This document shows positions 49,501 to 60,892 of a stretch of DNA of 64,000 bases, piece by piece (the stretch's first letter is position 1; every line of letters begins with the position of its first letter). A program made the translations under genes and the position numbers. The notes under the pieces are model-generated. The model did not search any database and was not told the origin of the DNA. It worked only from the letters and a program-made list of their open reading frames with translations. Source of the DNA: Coleofasciculus chthonoplastes F2-STO-03 (GTDB taxonomy: Bacteria > Cyanobacteriota > Cyanobacteriia > Cyanobacteriales > Coleofasciculaceae); assembly GCA_040222015.1 (NCBI GenBank), contig JAVJWO010000130.1, forward strand, positions 95,956 through 159,955. Direction: 5' to 3'.

Positions 49501-50682
49501 ATGAAGACTAAAATTGCCATATTGGGAGCAGGACGCTGGGGTACGCATTTGGTGCGGAATTTCGCGTCACATCCCGATGCTCAACTGGTAGCGGTAGTTG
49601 ATTCCTCTAGGGAACGCTTAACTCAGCTTAAAGAACGGTTGAACCTGAATGACAATGTGGTTCTAACAGACAATTGGCAATCGATACAATCCCAGATAGA
49701 GTGCGATGCGATTGTAATCGCGACTCCGGCGGTGACTCATTATTCCCTGATTCAAGACGCCCTACAGCAAGGGTTCCATGTGCTAGCCGAAAAGCCCTTG
49801 ACCCTCGATGCGGCTGAATGCCAACAGTTGTCTGATTTAGCCCGTCAACAGCAGCGTCAATTGATGGTGGATCACACCTATTTATTTCATCCGGCTGTTG
49901 AGCAGGGTAAAGCGGTGGTGCAATCGGGATGCTTAGGAGAATTGCGCTATGGCTACGCGGCTCGGACTAATCTAGGACCAGTGCGTCAGGATGTAGATGC
50001 GCTGTGGGATTTAGCCATTCATGATATCGCAATCTTCAATACCTGGTTAGGCGAACAACCTGTGCAAGTTCAAGCCATGGGACGGGTGTGGTTACAACGG
50101 CAAGAGGGATCTGTAGGGGCGGGTTTGACCAATAACGTTTCACAAGAAACCGCTAATGTAACTAAACCCACCCTAGATCAATCGGGGGATGTAGGGGCGG
50201 GTTTAACCGATAACGTTTCACAAGAAACCGCTAATGTAACTAAACCCGCCCTTCTTGAGGAACATGATTTAGCCGATTTTGTTTACGTTATTTTGACATA
50301 CCCAACGGGTTTTCAGGCATATATTCACTTATGTTGGCTCAATCCAGATAAAAAAAGGCGTCTGGGAGTAGTGGGGAGTCAAGGAACGTTAATTTTTGAT
50401 GAGATGCAAAATGATGCGCCCCTAACGCTTCAGCATGGGTATTTCGAGCAAAGTGGAGATGTGTTTACGCCTGCGGGTTTGCGGCGGGAAGTCATCGAAA
50501 TTGAGCGTCGTGAACCGTTGGCGCAAGTGTGCGATCGCTTTTTGCAGAGCATCCGCGATAATCAACCTGTATCAGTATCTTCCGGTTGGGTGGCGGCTCA
50601 ACTGGTCAACATCCTCAGTTGTCTATCCCAGTCTCTCCAACAGGGAGGAACACCGATTCAGGTTCCCCAGTTAGCGGAATGA
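49501..50682 (+). CDS. Gfo/Idh/MocA oxidoreductase with translated repeat insertion
   Basis: GAGRWG, AEKP, DLAIHD; two 26-aa REP-derived repeats at 50113-50252. Confidence 0.9.
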   Translation: MKTKIAILGAGRWGTHLVRNFASHPDAQLVAVVDSSRERLTQLKERLNLNDNVVLTDNWQSIQSQIECDAIVIATPAVTHYSLIQDALQQGFHVLAEKPLTLDAAECQQLSDLARQQQRQLMVDHTYLFHPAVEQGKAVVQSGCLGELRYGYAARTNLGPVRQDVDALWDLAIHDIAIFNTWLGEQPVQVQAMGRVWLQRQEGSVGAGLTNNVSQETANVTKPTLDQSGDVGAGLTDNVSQETANVTKPALLEEHDLADFVYVILTYPTGFQAYIHLCWLNPDKKRRLGVVGSQGTLIFDEMQNDAPLTLQHGYFEQSGDVFTPAGLRREVIEIERREPLAQVCDRFLQSIRDNQPVSVSSGWVAAQLVNILSCLSQSLQQGGTPIQVPQLAE

Positions 50683-50812
50683 CAGACAACTTAAAAAATT
50701 GGGTAGGGTGTGGGGTGTCGGGAAAATTTTCGACCTCAAGTTATTCGTTGGTTGATTTTGGAGTTGAGCAATCATTGAAAATGTTTCTTTTCAATATGAC
50801 TATAGTAAACTA

Positions 50813-52924
50813 TTAATCACTTATGAATTTGCCGTTAATCTCGTCAATTGACTCCTGAGGTTTAGGCAATTCTGTTGATAGTTGTGAGGGTGGATCACTG
50901 TCAAGTTGCTCATCCGTATCCTGTCCCTTTGTTTCGACAAGCGGTAAGCTAATGTTCACCGTCGTTCCCTGACCTTCTCCAGCACTAAAAAGGGTAATTG
51001 TCCCCCCCATCAATTCGATCAAGTTGCGGGAAATAGCCAGACCGAGACCTGTACCACCGTACTTGCGCGTGGTTGACCCATCTACCATGACAAAGGGACG
51101 AAATAGTTTAGCCTGTTGCACCGGATTGATGCCAATTCCCGTATCTCTAACTGTGACAACAACTTGTGCAGGAAATAACTCTCCAGTTCCATGATTTTTA
51201 GTGACTTGTCTATTGCTGGGAATCGTGGAGACGCTAGCAACAGATGTAGAATCATCAGCACTCACCAAGGGTTCGGTCTTATCGCTGGCTGTTTCAATCT
51301 GTGTACTGACTGTAATGCTGCCCGAATCAGTAAACTTTGCCGAGTTACCAATGATATTAATTAGGACTTGCTTCAGTTTAGCGGGATCGGCAAGAACGGG
51401 AAGTTTTTCATGCAAGTTTTTCGTATTGAATTTGAGTCCCTTCGATTTAATAGAGACTGCCTGTAAGTGAATTACTTCATCAATCAGTTGACGCAGATCG
51501 ATCAGTTCAACTTCAACGGAAAGTTTCCCTGACTCAAGTTTTGCCAGGTCTAAAACATCATTAATAATGTTCAACAAATGAATAGCCGCTTCATCGGCTC
51601 GTTGTAAAAAGTCAAGTTCTTCCTCGCGGTCATCACAGAAACCATCTTTGACCAGTCGCAGGCAACCAATAATACCATTCAGGGGAGTTCTCAATTCGTG
51701 AGATGTTGTAGCGAGAAACTCATTCTTAAGCTGGTTGGCGGCTTGGGCTTCTTTCCAGGCGGCTTCGAGTTCTTCTGCCCAATGTTTGAGGCGCTCAAAC
51801 ATGCCATCAAGGGCTTCGGCTAATTGGTTAATTTCTCGAATTTTGAAGGTATGAGGAATACGATAATTCGAGTGCAGCTGGGATTCATGCAGGGCGCAAT
51901 CTCTGAGTTTTTCTAAGGGACGGGCGAGGTCACGGGCAATGTAAATTGTGGCTAAAATACTGGCAGTAATTAAGCCACAGGTGAGGATAAACAGAACTTG
52001 GCGGATATCCTGAAGACCGATCAGCGCACTCTCTAAGGGGGTAACAGCGAGAATAATCCATTGCTGGTCAGATTGGTCGCTAATCGGACTTTCAACCGCT
52101 GTGTAGCCAGCGACATATTCCTGACCATTCAAGGCAAGATGGATAAAGGACTCACGACCTGCGATCGCGTCTTCGACCAGACTCTGAAGTCTTGCAGAAT
52201 CGAGTTCTTGGTTGATATTGCGTCCCACTTGCTGGGCGATGGGATGCACCAGAATTTTACCCTCTTGGGTAATCACCACGGGTTCACCAGATAGAGAACC
52301 AGGCTTGATAGATTTGGACTGGAGTAAGGTTGAGCATAAGCTCAAAGCATATTGGAGTTGACCCTCAGCGTTATAAACGGGCGCACTCAACAGAATCGGG
52401 AGTTGACTTTTGTCTGAGATGGCTTCAGCTTCGTTTGTAGCAGGGGTTGAGGGTGCTAGCTGAGGTAGCACTGTGACCTCAATTTGAGACGGATCGACAG
52501 AAACCTCACCTTGCTGGCTAGACCATTGCGATATCACTTGCTGGCTGACGAGTAAGGGTTGATTACAGGTACTGCCCACGATATCTTGAGTCTGGATATC
52601 ACTCAACTGCACGCAATTGATCGGGGTTGGGAGTTGTTGAGCCAGTTGGTTGATAAATTGTTGATAGCCTGTCGATGACTGAGATTGAAGGACTATGGCT
52701 TGGCTAGCGGTCAGCAGGTTGGCTTGTAAGGCTGAGATCGACTCTTGAATGCTTTCTCCTTTCCTCACAGCACTTTCGGTTAAATTTTGACGCGCTGTGT
52801 CTAAAAGCGTTGAGCGTGCTTTTCTGTAGGTCACATAAACTCCCAGAAGCAACACTGGCACGCTGAGTAACAACAGGCGTGACAGCAAAACACGACGAAA
52901 GGAGGATTGACCTGGCTTAGCCAT
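50813..52924 (-). CDS. Sensor histidine kinase (Cache-like, HAMP, HisKA, HATPase)
   Basis: SHELRTPLNG, NIIGNSAKFT, DTGIG, GGTGLGLAI. Confidence 0.93.
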   Translation of the reverse strand: MAKPGQSSFRRVLLSRLLLLSVPVLLLGVYVTYRKARSTLLDTARQNLTESAVRKGESIQESISALQANLLTASQAIVLQSQSSTGYQQFINQLAQQLPTPINCVQLSDIQTQDIVGSTCNQPLLVSQQVISQWSSQQGEVSVDPSQIEVTVLPQLAPSTPATNEAEAISDKSQLPILLSAPVYNAEGQLQYALSLCSTLLQSKSIKPGSLSGEPVVITQEGKILVHPIAQQVGRNINQELDSARLQSLVEDAIAGRESFIHLALNGQEYVAGYTAVESPISDQSDQQWIILAVTPLESALIGLQDIRQVLFILTCGLITASILATIYIARDLARPLEKLRDCALHESQLHSNYRIPHTFKIREINQLAEALDGMFERLKHWAEELEAAWKEAQAANQLKNEFLATTSHELRTPLNGIIGCLRLVKDGFCDDREEELDFLQRADEAAIHLLNIINDVLDLAKLESGKLSVEVELIDLRQLIDEVIHLQAVSIKSKGLKFNTKNLHEKLPVLADPAKLKQVLINIIGNSAKFTDSGSITVSTQIETASDKTEPLVSADDSTSVASVSTIPSNRQVTKNHGTGELFPAQVVVTVRDTGIGINPVQQAKLFRPFVMVDGSTTRKYGGTGLGLAISRNLIELMGGTITLFSAGEGQGTTVNISLPLVETKGQDTDEQLDSDPPSQLSTELPKPQESIDEINGKFISD

Positions 52925-53112
52925 AAGATACGCTGGTGTGATTACAGAAGAAAAGGTGGTAGAAAGAGTAATCGTTAATACAGTTTACGAGTCACCGAGT
53001 TTCCTTGAAAACCCCTTATCTCTATCCTAGAACGATTCAAAACCTCTTTCGATTGTTTTGATCGACCCCTCTCAACCGCCAACTTTAATTTTGTCGGACT
53101 ACTTAGACAACT

Positions 53113-53814
53113 ATGCCGGAAACCCCTGCTATCAATCGACCCCATACCACAGTGGTTCTGGCAATGAGTGTCGATGGCAAGATTGCGGACGTGACGCGAT
53201 CGCCTGCCCGATTCTCATCGCCTGCGGATCAAGCCCATCTAGAAAACCAGGTGGCGTTGGCGGATGGGGTTTTGTTCGGTGCAGGGACTCTGTGCGCTTA
53301 TGGTACCACTCGCCCTGTCTCAAATTCCCAGTTACAGCAGCAGCGTCAACAACGGGGCTTACCCATTCAACCGGTGCAGATTGTTTGCTCCCGTCTAGCT
53401 CAATTCGATCCACAATTACGCTTTTTTCGCCAAAACGTACCCCGTTGGCTGTTGACGACAGAGGCGGGTGCTGCACCCTGGCGGGACAAGTCGGATTATT
53501 TTGAGCAGATTTTGGTGGTGAATGCCTCTAGGGATGGGATAAATTGGCATCAGGCTTATCAACAGCTCAAGCAATTGGGCATCCAACGGCTTGCCGTCTT
53601 AGGGGGGGGTAACTTAGTGGCATCTCTACTTGCGGCTGATTTAATCGATGAACTCTGGTTTACGGTTTGCCCCCTGATTTTAGGGGGTGCAGCCGCCCCA
53701 ACGCCAGTACAGGGGGCTGGCTTTTCTGAGCAATTGGCGAAGCGTTTAGAACTTTTGGCGGTTGAGAGGATTGACCAAGAGTTATTTCTGCACTATCGGT
53801 TGTCCAAGGGATGA
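53113..53814 (+). CDS. RibD C-terminal domain reductase
   Basis: AMSVDGKIA, GAGT, LGGGNL, IDELWFTVCPLILGG. Confidence 0.9.
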   Translation: MPETPAINRPHTTVVLAMSVDGKIADVTRSPARFSSPADQAHLENQVALADGVLFGAGTLCAYGTTRPVSNSQLQQQRQQRGLPIQPVQIVCSRLAQFDPQLRFFRQNVPRWLLTTEAGAAPWRDKSDYFEQILVVNASRDGINWHQAYQQLKQLGIQRLAVLGGGNLVASLLAADLIDELWFTVCPLILGGAAAPTPVQGAGFSEQLAKRLELLAVERIDQELFLHYRLSKG

Positions 53815-54150
53815 GCAGATGGGGGAGTAGAGACGCGCCATGGCGCGTCTCTACTTAAATAAAGGGCGGGTTTTGCCGCCAAGCTAGGGAAAACAACCAA
53901 TATTAGTCCCTCAACCCGCCCCTACCAATTCACGCGCCATTCTCTCGAAGGTCGTGAAGGGTCAAAACTCTCTTCCAAGCTCCTTAATTTTGACAATTCA
54001 TCTCACATTAATCGGTCAAAATAAACTCTATTATGTTAACTTATGTAAAGAACCCCTCCATACCTTACCAATGACATAGAGAAAATTGCAAATAACGATC
54101 TTCACCGTTCATTCTAACTAATAGTGCAGACCTAATTATAAATTTTCCCA

Positions 54151-55347
54151 ATGGTTCACCAACCGCAGACTGACTATTCCGTTAACTGGGTTAACCGGAT
54201 GGCTGATATTCCCCAAGCAGCTTGGGATGCCCTTGCCCAACCCCTGAAAACACCATTTCTGGAATGGGATTGGTTGAATAATTTAGAAACATCGGGAAGT
54301 GCGACATCTAAAACCGGCTGGTTGCCCAATCACCTAACAGTATGGCAAAACCGACAGCTTATTGCGGCTGCGCCCTTCTATATTAAAGGTCATAGCTATG
54401 GAGAATTTGTCTTTGACCACCAATGGGCAGATCTATCTCATCGTTTAGGCGTTCGCTACTATCCCAAACTGTTAGGAATGACGCCGTTTACTCCAGCAGG
54501 GGGTTACCGATTTTTAATCGCACCTGGAGAAGATGAAGATGAACTCACTGAGATTATGGTGAGTGCCATTGATCACTTTTGCGGGAATAACCAGATTAGT
54601 GGCTGTCATTTTCTCTTTGTTGACCCTGAATGGCGACAGGTGATGGAACGCCATGGTTTTACAAGCTGGTTGCATCACAGTTATATTTGGCAGGATAAAG
54701 GGTTTAGTAGCTTCGATGATTATCTGAGTATCTTTAACGCCAATCAGCGCCGTAATATTAAGCGGGAACGTAAAGCGGTGACTAAAGCCGGACTACGTTT
54801 GGTTCCTTTAGTCGGGGATGATATTCCCAAATCCTTATTTCCCCTGATTTATAACTTCTATAGCAGCACCTGCGATAAGTTTTTTTGGGGCAGTAAGTAT
54901 CTGACGCGCCAGTTTTTTGAACAGTTGTATCCCGACTATCGTCATCGTGTGGTATTGGTAGCGGCTTATCGAGACGATGATGACCGACATCCAGTGGGGA
55001 TGTCGTTTTGTATTAATAAGGGTGATCAGTTGTATGGACGCTATTGGGGCTGTTTTGAGGAATATGATTGCCTGCATTTCGATGCGTGCTATTACACCCC
55101 GATAGAATGGGCGATCGCGAATGGGGTGAAGATGTTTGATCCAGGTGCTGGGGGACGCCACAAGAGACGACGAGGATTTCCCGCGACACCGAATCACAGT
55201 CTGCACCGATTTTATAATCAACGCCTGATGCAAATTTTGCGCCACTATATTGGTGAGGTGAATGAAATGGAACAGGAAGAAATCGACGCAATTAATAACG
55301 ATTTACCGTTTAGCAAACGAGACATTCAATTTTTGGTTCAGGATTGA
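54151..55347 (+). CDS. GNAT/FemAB-like protein (DUF482)
   Basis: KGHSYGEFVFDHQWA, PFTPAGG, LYGRYWG, LHFDACYY. Confidence 0.9.
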   Translation: MVHQPQTDYSVNWVNRMADIPQAAWDALAQPLKTPFLEWDWLNNLETSGSATSKTGWLPNHLTVWQNRQLIAAAPFYIKGHSYGEFVFDHQWADLSHRLGVRYYPKLLGMTPFTPAGGYRFLIAPGEDEDELTEIMVSAIDHFCGNNQISGCHFLFVDPEWRQVMERHGFTSWLHHSYIWQDKGFSSFDDYLSIFNANQRRNIKRERKAVTKAGLRLVPLVGDDIPKSLFPLIYNFYSSTCDKFFWGSKYLTRQFFEQLYPDYRHRVVLVAAYRDDDDRHPVGMSFCINKGDQLYGRYWGCFEEYDCLHFDACYYTPIEWAIANGVKMFDPGAGGRHKRRRGFPATPNHSLHRFYNQRLMQILRHYIGEVNEMEQEEIDAINNDLPFSKRDIQFLVQD

Positions 55348-55523
55348 TTGTCACGGGATGATGAATGATTAAAGTATCCCAGTTTTTAACCGAACCTCAG
55401 CACAATTGGGAGGGGTCTTAATTTTCCAATTGCCATAAGATGCTTCTGCTTCCTGCCCTCTGCCTGCTTTAAACGGTCTAAACACGATACTATTCAAGAA
55501 GGGACGCATTGAGCCAAGACAAG

Positions 55524-55907
55524 ATGAACCAAACAGTAGAAGACCTGCGTACAATTAATGACAAACTGTCTAAACGGGAAATTGAACTTGATCCCGGTGG
55601 ATATTTTATTATCTACCTCAACCGGGATGCACGATTAATTTGTGCCAAACATTTCACCAATGTGATTGATGATCGCGGTTTAGCCGTTGACCCCGAAACC
55701 GGTAAACCGATTCCCGCACGAGGTAAGGTGGAACGGACTCATACCACCTTGTTTACAGGTAGAACCGCCAAGGAACTTTGTGTGGTTATTTTTGAGCAAA
55801 CCCAGCCCTGTCCAGTCACGATGTTGGATCATGCAGCTTATTTAGGACGGGAGTTTATGCGGGCTGAGTACGCTTTAATTTCTGGACAGGAGTATGTCCA
55901 AGATTAG
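55524..55907 (+). CDS. DUF4346 domain protein
   Basis: LDPGGYFII, GRTAKE, DHAAYLGRE, YVQD. Confidence 0.88.
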   Translation: MNQTVEDLRTINDKLSKREIELDPGGYFIIYLNRDARLICAKHFTNVIDDRGLAVDPETGKPIPARGKVERTHTTLFTGRTAKELCVVIFEQTQPCPVTMLDHAAYLGREFMRAEYALISGQEYVQD

Positions 55908-56047
55908 TGCCCCACAGCAAAAGCTTCTGATCATCTCTTAGAGAAGAGAGAAGAGGGAACAGGGAACAGGGAACAGTAATAAATGACAAATGACCAATGA
56001 CCAATGACAAATGACCAATGACCAATGACCAATGACCAATGACCAAC

Positions 56048-56764
56048 TTAACTAGAGAAGCCCTGATAAAAGAAGTAGGTTGCCATCGGTACGACTGTCG
56101 CGACAACCAATAAGACAACAACCCAGATGGTTGAGTTTTTGGTGTCAGTTTCTTCTGCGCTGGTAAATGTGCCTTCAACCTGAACCGTTTCTTCGACAAC
56201 TGGAGGACCGGGATCAGGTTGACCCGATAGCACCGCCACTAAGCGATCGCTAGCCTCTAAAAAAGACTTATTGTACTTGTTACCCTCCCGCAAGGGGACT
56301 GTCATTGTTTCCGAGGCGACACTCTCGGCAATGTCGTCGGGCATAATTGACTTGACGTCTTCCCCGGTGACAATGGCAGTATTATTTGTCAGGGTGTCGA
56401 TAAGTAGCAAGGTTTGATTCGCTTGGGCTTCCGGTGTCGGATACCATTTTTTGAATAGGGCTTTAGCAAAGCTGTCTACGGTTTCACCGTAGTCTAAACG
56501 GCGAACCGTCACAAATCTGACTTCCTGGTCGGTTTTCTGGGCTAAATCTTCCAAGCTTTTGCTCAACTTGCCTTCACTCAGGCGGCTGAGTACGTCGGCT
56601 TGATCAATCACCCAGGTTGGTTCACCCGCGTTGACATTGGGCATTTGATAGACGTTTATAGCGTTGGCAGGTGTAGCCACCAATCCGCTAACTAAAACGC
56701 CCAGTAATAGCGGTAGTATTAGACGTTTCAGGTTTTTGTATAGTTGATTGAAGATTTGTCTCAT
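56048..56764 (-). CDS. psb32: Photosystem II repair protein Psb32 (TPM domain)
   Basis: WVIDQADVLSR, VRRLDYG, LSGQPDPGPP, C-terminal TM VPMATY. Confidence 0.88.
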   Translation of the reverse strand: MRQIFNQLYKNLKRLILPLLLGVLVSGLVATPANAINVYQMPNVNAGEPTWVIDQADVLSRLSEGKLSKSLEDLAQKTDQEVRFVTVRRLDYGETVDSFAKALFKKWYPTPEAQANQTLLLIDTLTNNTAIVTGEDVKSIMPDDIAESVASETMTVPLREGNKYNKSFLEASDRLVAVLSGQPDPGPPVVEETVQVEGTFTSAEETDTKNSTIWVVVLLVVATVVPMATYFFYQGFSS

Positions 56765-57092
56765 TTACTGACTCTTGAGATGACTGTTTTTTTCAAAATA
56801 CTACACTCTAGTGAACGACCGACATCTAGCTCATGTCTTGACAGATAACCATAGTTGTGCAACTTAGATTCCTGATTTTTCCAAGAAGTCAGGGGTTTTG
56901 GTCGGTGGACCTAGACGATGATTCGCGCCGATTACTCCCTAGAGACACGGCGGTGTTATATCCTTAAGCTATAACTAATTTGATGAAGTTTTTTAAAGGT
57001 CTTCCCATATTGTGTCATGGGATTACCCTTCCCTGCTTACAATGTTAAGTCAGGTATTTTTGTAAACATTCAGATTGAGAGGCAATATCTAG

Positions 57093-57587
57093 ATGGCAGA
57101 TGCAAGAAATATGGAAATGGTAAAGCCCTACAATGGAGACCCCTTTGTGGGTCATTTATCCACTCCAATCAGCGATTCAGCGTTTACCCGGGCATTCATT
57201 GGCAATCTGCCCGCTTATCGTAAAGGGCTATCCCCATTCATACGCGGTTTGGAAATTGGCATGGCTCATGGTTACTTCCTACTCGGTCCCTGGGTTGTCT
57301 TTGGCCCCTTACGGGATTATGAACCTGCCAAATATCTAGGCGGCTTAGTCGGTGCTTTGGTGTTGGTGTTGCTGGGAACCGCCGGAATGGCAGCTTGGGG
57401 ATTAGTCTCGCTCAAAAGCGCGGATGAAAGTGCTCCGGGTACAGAACGACTCAAAACGTCTGAAGGCTGGAGCGAATTTGCAGGTGGATTCTTTGTTGGA
57501 GGTATGGGGGGTGCTTTCGTGGCTTACTTCCTCCTGGAAAATTTTGAAACCGTGGATGCCATTTTCCGGGGTTTGGTGAATAACTAA
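57093..57587 (+). CDS. psaL: Photosystem I subunit XI
   Basis: DPFVGHLSTPISDS, NLPAYR, RGLEIGMAHGY. Confidence 0.97.
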   Translation: MADARNMEMVKPYNGDPFVGHLSTPISDSAFTRAFIGNLPAYRKGLSPFIRGLEIGMAHGYFLLGPWVVFGPLRDYEPAKYLGGLVGALVLVLLGTAGMAAWGLVSLKSADESAPGTERLKTSEGWSEFAGGFFVGGMGGAFVAYFLLENFETVDAIFRGLVNN

Positions 57588-57656
57588 CCCCATTGGGTTC
57601 ACAAATTGAGTAATATTTGTCTTGAACTCTTGTAAATTTAGATAGGACAATTTGAC

Positions 57657-57773
57657 ATGACTGGTTCTTATGCAGCTTCGTTCTTGCCTTGGATTCTGAT
57701 TCCCGTCGTTTGTTGGCTCATGCCTGCTGTGCTGATGGGACTTTTGTTTATCCACATTGAAAGTGACGCCTAA
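57657..57773 (+). CDS. psaI: Photosystem I subunit VIII (not in ORF track)
   Basis: [38 protein letters not shown]. Confidence 0.95.
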   Translation: MTGSYAASFLPWILIPVVCWLMPAVLMGLLFIHIESDA

Positions 57774-57804
57774 GCAGGTCGTTTTTCAACGTTGAGCTAG
57801 ATGA

Positions 57805-57850
57805 GTCGTGTGGGTGGTTGTTCCCATTGTGAGTAAAACACCCACACGAC
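57805..57850 (+). terminator. Stem-loop downstream of psaI
   Basis: GTCGTGTGGGTG...CACCCACACGAC perfect 12-bp stem with a large loop and weak U-tract. Confidence 0.5.
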
Positions 57851-58552
57851 AAATTTACTTACATTAATGGGGAGATTTGGAAGTCCTGTATGTTGGTTTA
57901 GTCAGGTAAAAAGACTTTGGTGAAGGCTAAAACAACTTCAATATTAGAGACTCCAGCAAGATAATCCCAGAGAGAAAAATCATCGCCGTTAATTTGTTTC
58001 CACTGCTGAAAATCACTCATCTTCTCTGTATTTAAGGATAGGTGCTGGGTTTCCATAATTTTGAAGGTGTCTCGTCAGTTATAGCAGTTTCGGTGGCGAT
58101 GAAAATGCTTGCTGGTATCCCAACTGTCCAGTCAATAGGTTTAAACACTAATATAAGTTTTCGGACATAACTCAATACTTGGTATTAATGTCAAAAACGG
58201 GAAAACCCTTTTCATGCGAGCATCTTGCTCGCTACCCATTCTAAATTTAAATACGTGAAAGCTTAACCTTCCAGTCCAGTGTCAGAGTAAAGTTATTGCT
58301 GAACACATATTTTCTAGTTTTATTTTGGTTGTATTTTTTGTATCTCATTTGCTTTGAATTTTACTATTAAAATTAACATAATCGTATTGAAAAATATTTG
58401 TAATACCATCCTATAATAGAGTGTAGTATACTATTATTGAAAGTCAATCTGCTTTCCTTAGAGATTCATCTCACCGTCAAATCGAAGATTACGACGGGAT
58501 TCATCTTACCCGATCAACTTAAATTATTTCGTAAGTTACACAAGGAGTTTAC

Positions 58553-59278
58553 ATGAGCAACACGAGTAACTTTCGTCAAGCCATGCGTAATGCTAAGGGT
58601 CAAGCCTTAGTCGGACCCAATGTGATAGCCAACGCCCTGCCCTACGTTGGTGGTGGATTAGTTTTAACGGCTGTCGGGACTTATGGTGGTTTGAATGTCC
58701 TTACCACCAACCCCGGGTTATTCATGACAACCTTCTGGGTTGCCCTGATTGCTGAATTAGTCCTATTCTTCGTCGCTCGTGGTGTGGCGGAGAAAGGCAA
58801 TAACAGTGCAGCATTGCCTCTATTGGCGACCTATAGCCTGCTCTCCGGCTACACCCTCAGTGGTATCGTCTACGTTGCCCTTGGCACATCAGGGGTGGGG
58901 GTTTCAGGAATTGGCATCGCCGCTCTCGGTTGTGGTGTCACTTTTGTCGCTGCCCGTCAAATTGGCTCGAATCTTTCGGACCAAGATGGGATGGCGTTAA
59001 CCCAAACCGTGCAACTGGGTATTATTGCCTTGTTGGTAGTGTTGGTGGGTCAGCTCGTCTTAAGCTTTTTTGGCGTCTATACCCCTAGCTGGCTAGAAAT
59101 TGGCATCTCTGGGATTGGCGTTTTACTGTTTGTTGGTGCAGCGGTGGTGGATTTCTATATCTTGCCCCGCACCTATCGCAATGATCAGTATCTGCCAGCC
59201 GCCCTGTCGATGTATTTGACCTACATCAACCTGTTTATCTTTATTTTGCGGTTGTTGATTGCCTTTAATCGCGACTAA
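58553..59278 (+). CDS. Bax inhibitor-1/YccA family membrane protein
   Basis: 7 TM helices; AALSMYLTYINLFIFILRLL. Confidence 0.9.
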   Translation: MSNTSNFRQAMRNAKGQALVGPNVIANALPYVGGGLVLTAVGTYGGLNVLTTNPGLFMTTFWVALIAELVLFFVARGVAEKGNNSAALPLLATYSLLSGYTLSGIVYVALGTSGVGVSGIGIAALGCGVTFVAARQIGSNLSDQDGMALTQTVQLGIIALLVVLVGQLVLSFFGVYTPSWLEIGISGIGVLLFVGAAVVDFYILPRTYRNDQYLPAALSMYLTYINLFIFILRLLIAFNRD

Positions 59279-59393
59279 TTGACTCACCTTATCCCACGAC
59301 TTTTAAGGCGTGGGATACCTGTCATTGGTCTGATGTAATTAAGTTTTCTGATTACAATTGATTAAAGGGAGTAAAGTACCAGCACAAAAAAAC

Positions 59394-60501
59394 ATGGAAG
59401 TTGTAGAGATTAAACGCGAAGTCGAAACCTTGTCCCTTCGCCTGGGAAAAACCCAGGACTATCTTTGACGTACCTGCACTGACTGCCAAAATTAAAGACT
59501 TAGAGCAACAAGCGGCTCAACCGGATTTTTGGGATGACCAAACCTTCGCTCAGCGAACCCTGCAAAAGCTGAATGACCTGAAATTGAATTTGCAGCAGTA
59601 CCAGCAGTGGAACAGTAATCTAGAGGATGCGAAAGCGGTTCTGGAATTGCTGGAATTGGAAACCGATGAAGCATTGCTGCAAGAAGCTAAAACCAATGTA
59701 GTCAAGCTGAATCGCGAACTTGACCGTTGGGAACTAGAACAGCTACTATCGGGTCCTTATGACGCCAATGGTGCGGTACTGGCGATTAATGCTGGGGCTG
59801 GCGGAACGGATGCCCAAGATTGGGCGCAAATGTTGCTGCGGATGTATACCCGTTGGGCAGAAAGTCAAGGGTATAAAGTGCAGTTGGCAGAATTCTCGGA
59901 AGGAGATGAAGCGGGGATTAAGTCAGCCACCCTAGAAATTCAGGGACTCCGCGCCTATGGCTATTTGAAAGCTGAGAAAGGAACTCACCGACTCGTGCGA
60001 ATTTCTCCCTATAACGCCAACGGAAAACGGCAAACCAGTTTTGCTGGGGTTGAGGTTATGCCCATCCTGAACGAGGATGTAGACCTAGATATACCTGAAA
60101 CGGATTTAGAGATTACCACCTCTCGTTCTGGGGGTAAGGGCGGTCAAAATGTCAATAAAGTGGAAACTGCCGTTCGGGTGAAGCATATTCCCACAGACAT
60201 TGCCGTGCGCTGTACCCAAGAGCGATCGCAGCTCCAAAATAAGGAAAAAGCCCTCGCCCTGCTGAAAGCCAAGCTATTGGTGATTGCACAAGAACAACGC
60301 GCTCAGGAAATTGCCGAAATCCGAGGCGATATGGTTGAAGCCGCTTGGGGGAATCAAATTCGTAATTATGTCTTCCACCCTTACCAGTTGGTGAAAGACT
60401 TGCGGACGAATGTGGAAACCACAGGCGTTGATGATGTCCTGAATGGGACTCTCGATCCCTTTATCGAAGCCTACCTGCGTCAGGAGAATCAATTGACCTG
60501 A
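59394..60501 (+). CDS. prfB: Peptide chain release factor 2 (programmed +1 frameshift at CTT-TGA-C, 59463-59469)
   Basis: 24 codons MEVVEIKRE...TQDYL, then TGA; the +1 frame continues into the ORF with SPY and GGQ motifs. Confidence 0.96.
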
Positions 60502-60638
60502 TCGGTGGAGAGAGGGGAGCTGGGGGAGCTGGGGGAGCAGGGGGAGCAGGGGACGAAGGACAAATGACAAATGACAATTTGTTACATTATGTAAACAAAG
60601 ACGATATAATAGCTTTCAACAGCAAATCACCATTACAG

Positions 60639-60854
60639 ATGAGTCAATCCTCAACCCCCCCGGATACAGCGAAGCCGCCGTTTGCTGAACAGCAAACACC
60701 AGCCAATGCCGCTTTGAATGAACCGAAACCCAGTTACGTAAAATTAGCCATGCGTAACATGGTGAGTAAAGGAGGCAAGTCCTTACAACACTTTTTTCTA
60801 ACCACCGTGGGTCTATTAGCTGTGCTGATTGGTTTAGCTTACCTGACTCGTTAA
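60639..60854 (+). CDS. DUF3285 protein
   Basis: PSYVKLAMRNMV...SLQHFFLT. Confidence 0.85.
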   Translation: MSQSSTPPDTAKPPFAEQQTPANAALNEPKPSYVKLAMRNMVSKGGKSLQHFFLTTVGLLAVLIGLAYLTR

Positions 60855-60892
60855 CGTTCTCATAGCTCATCTACACACCAGAGGCGGCACAA

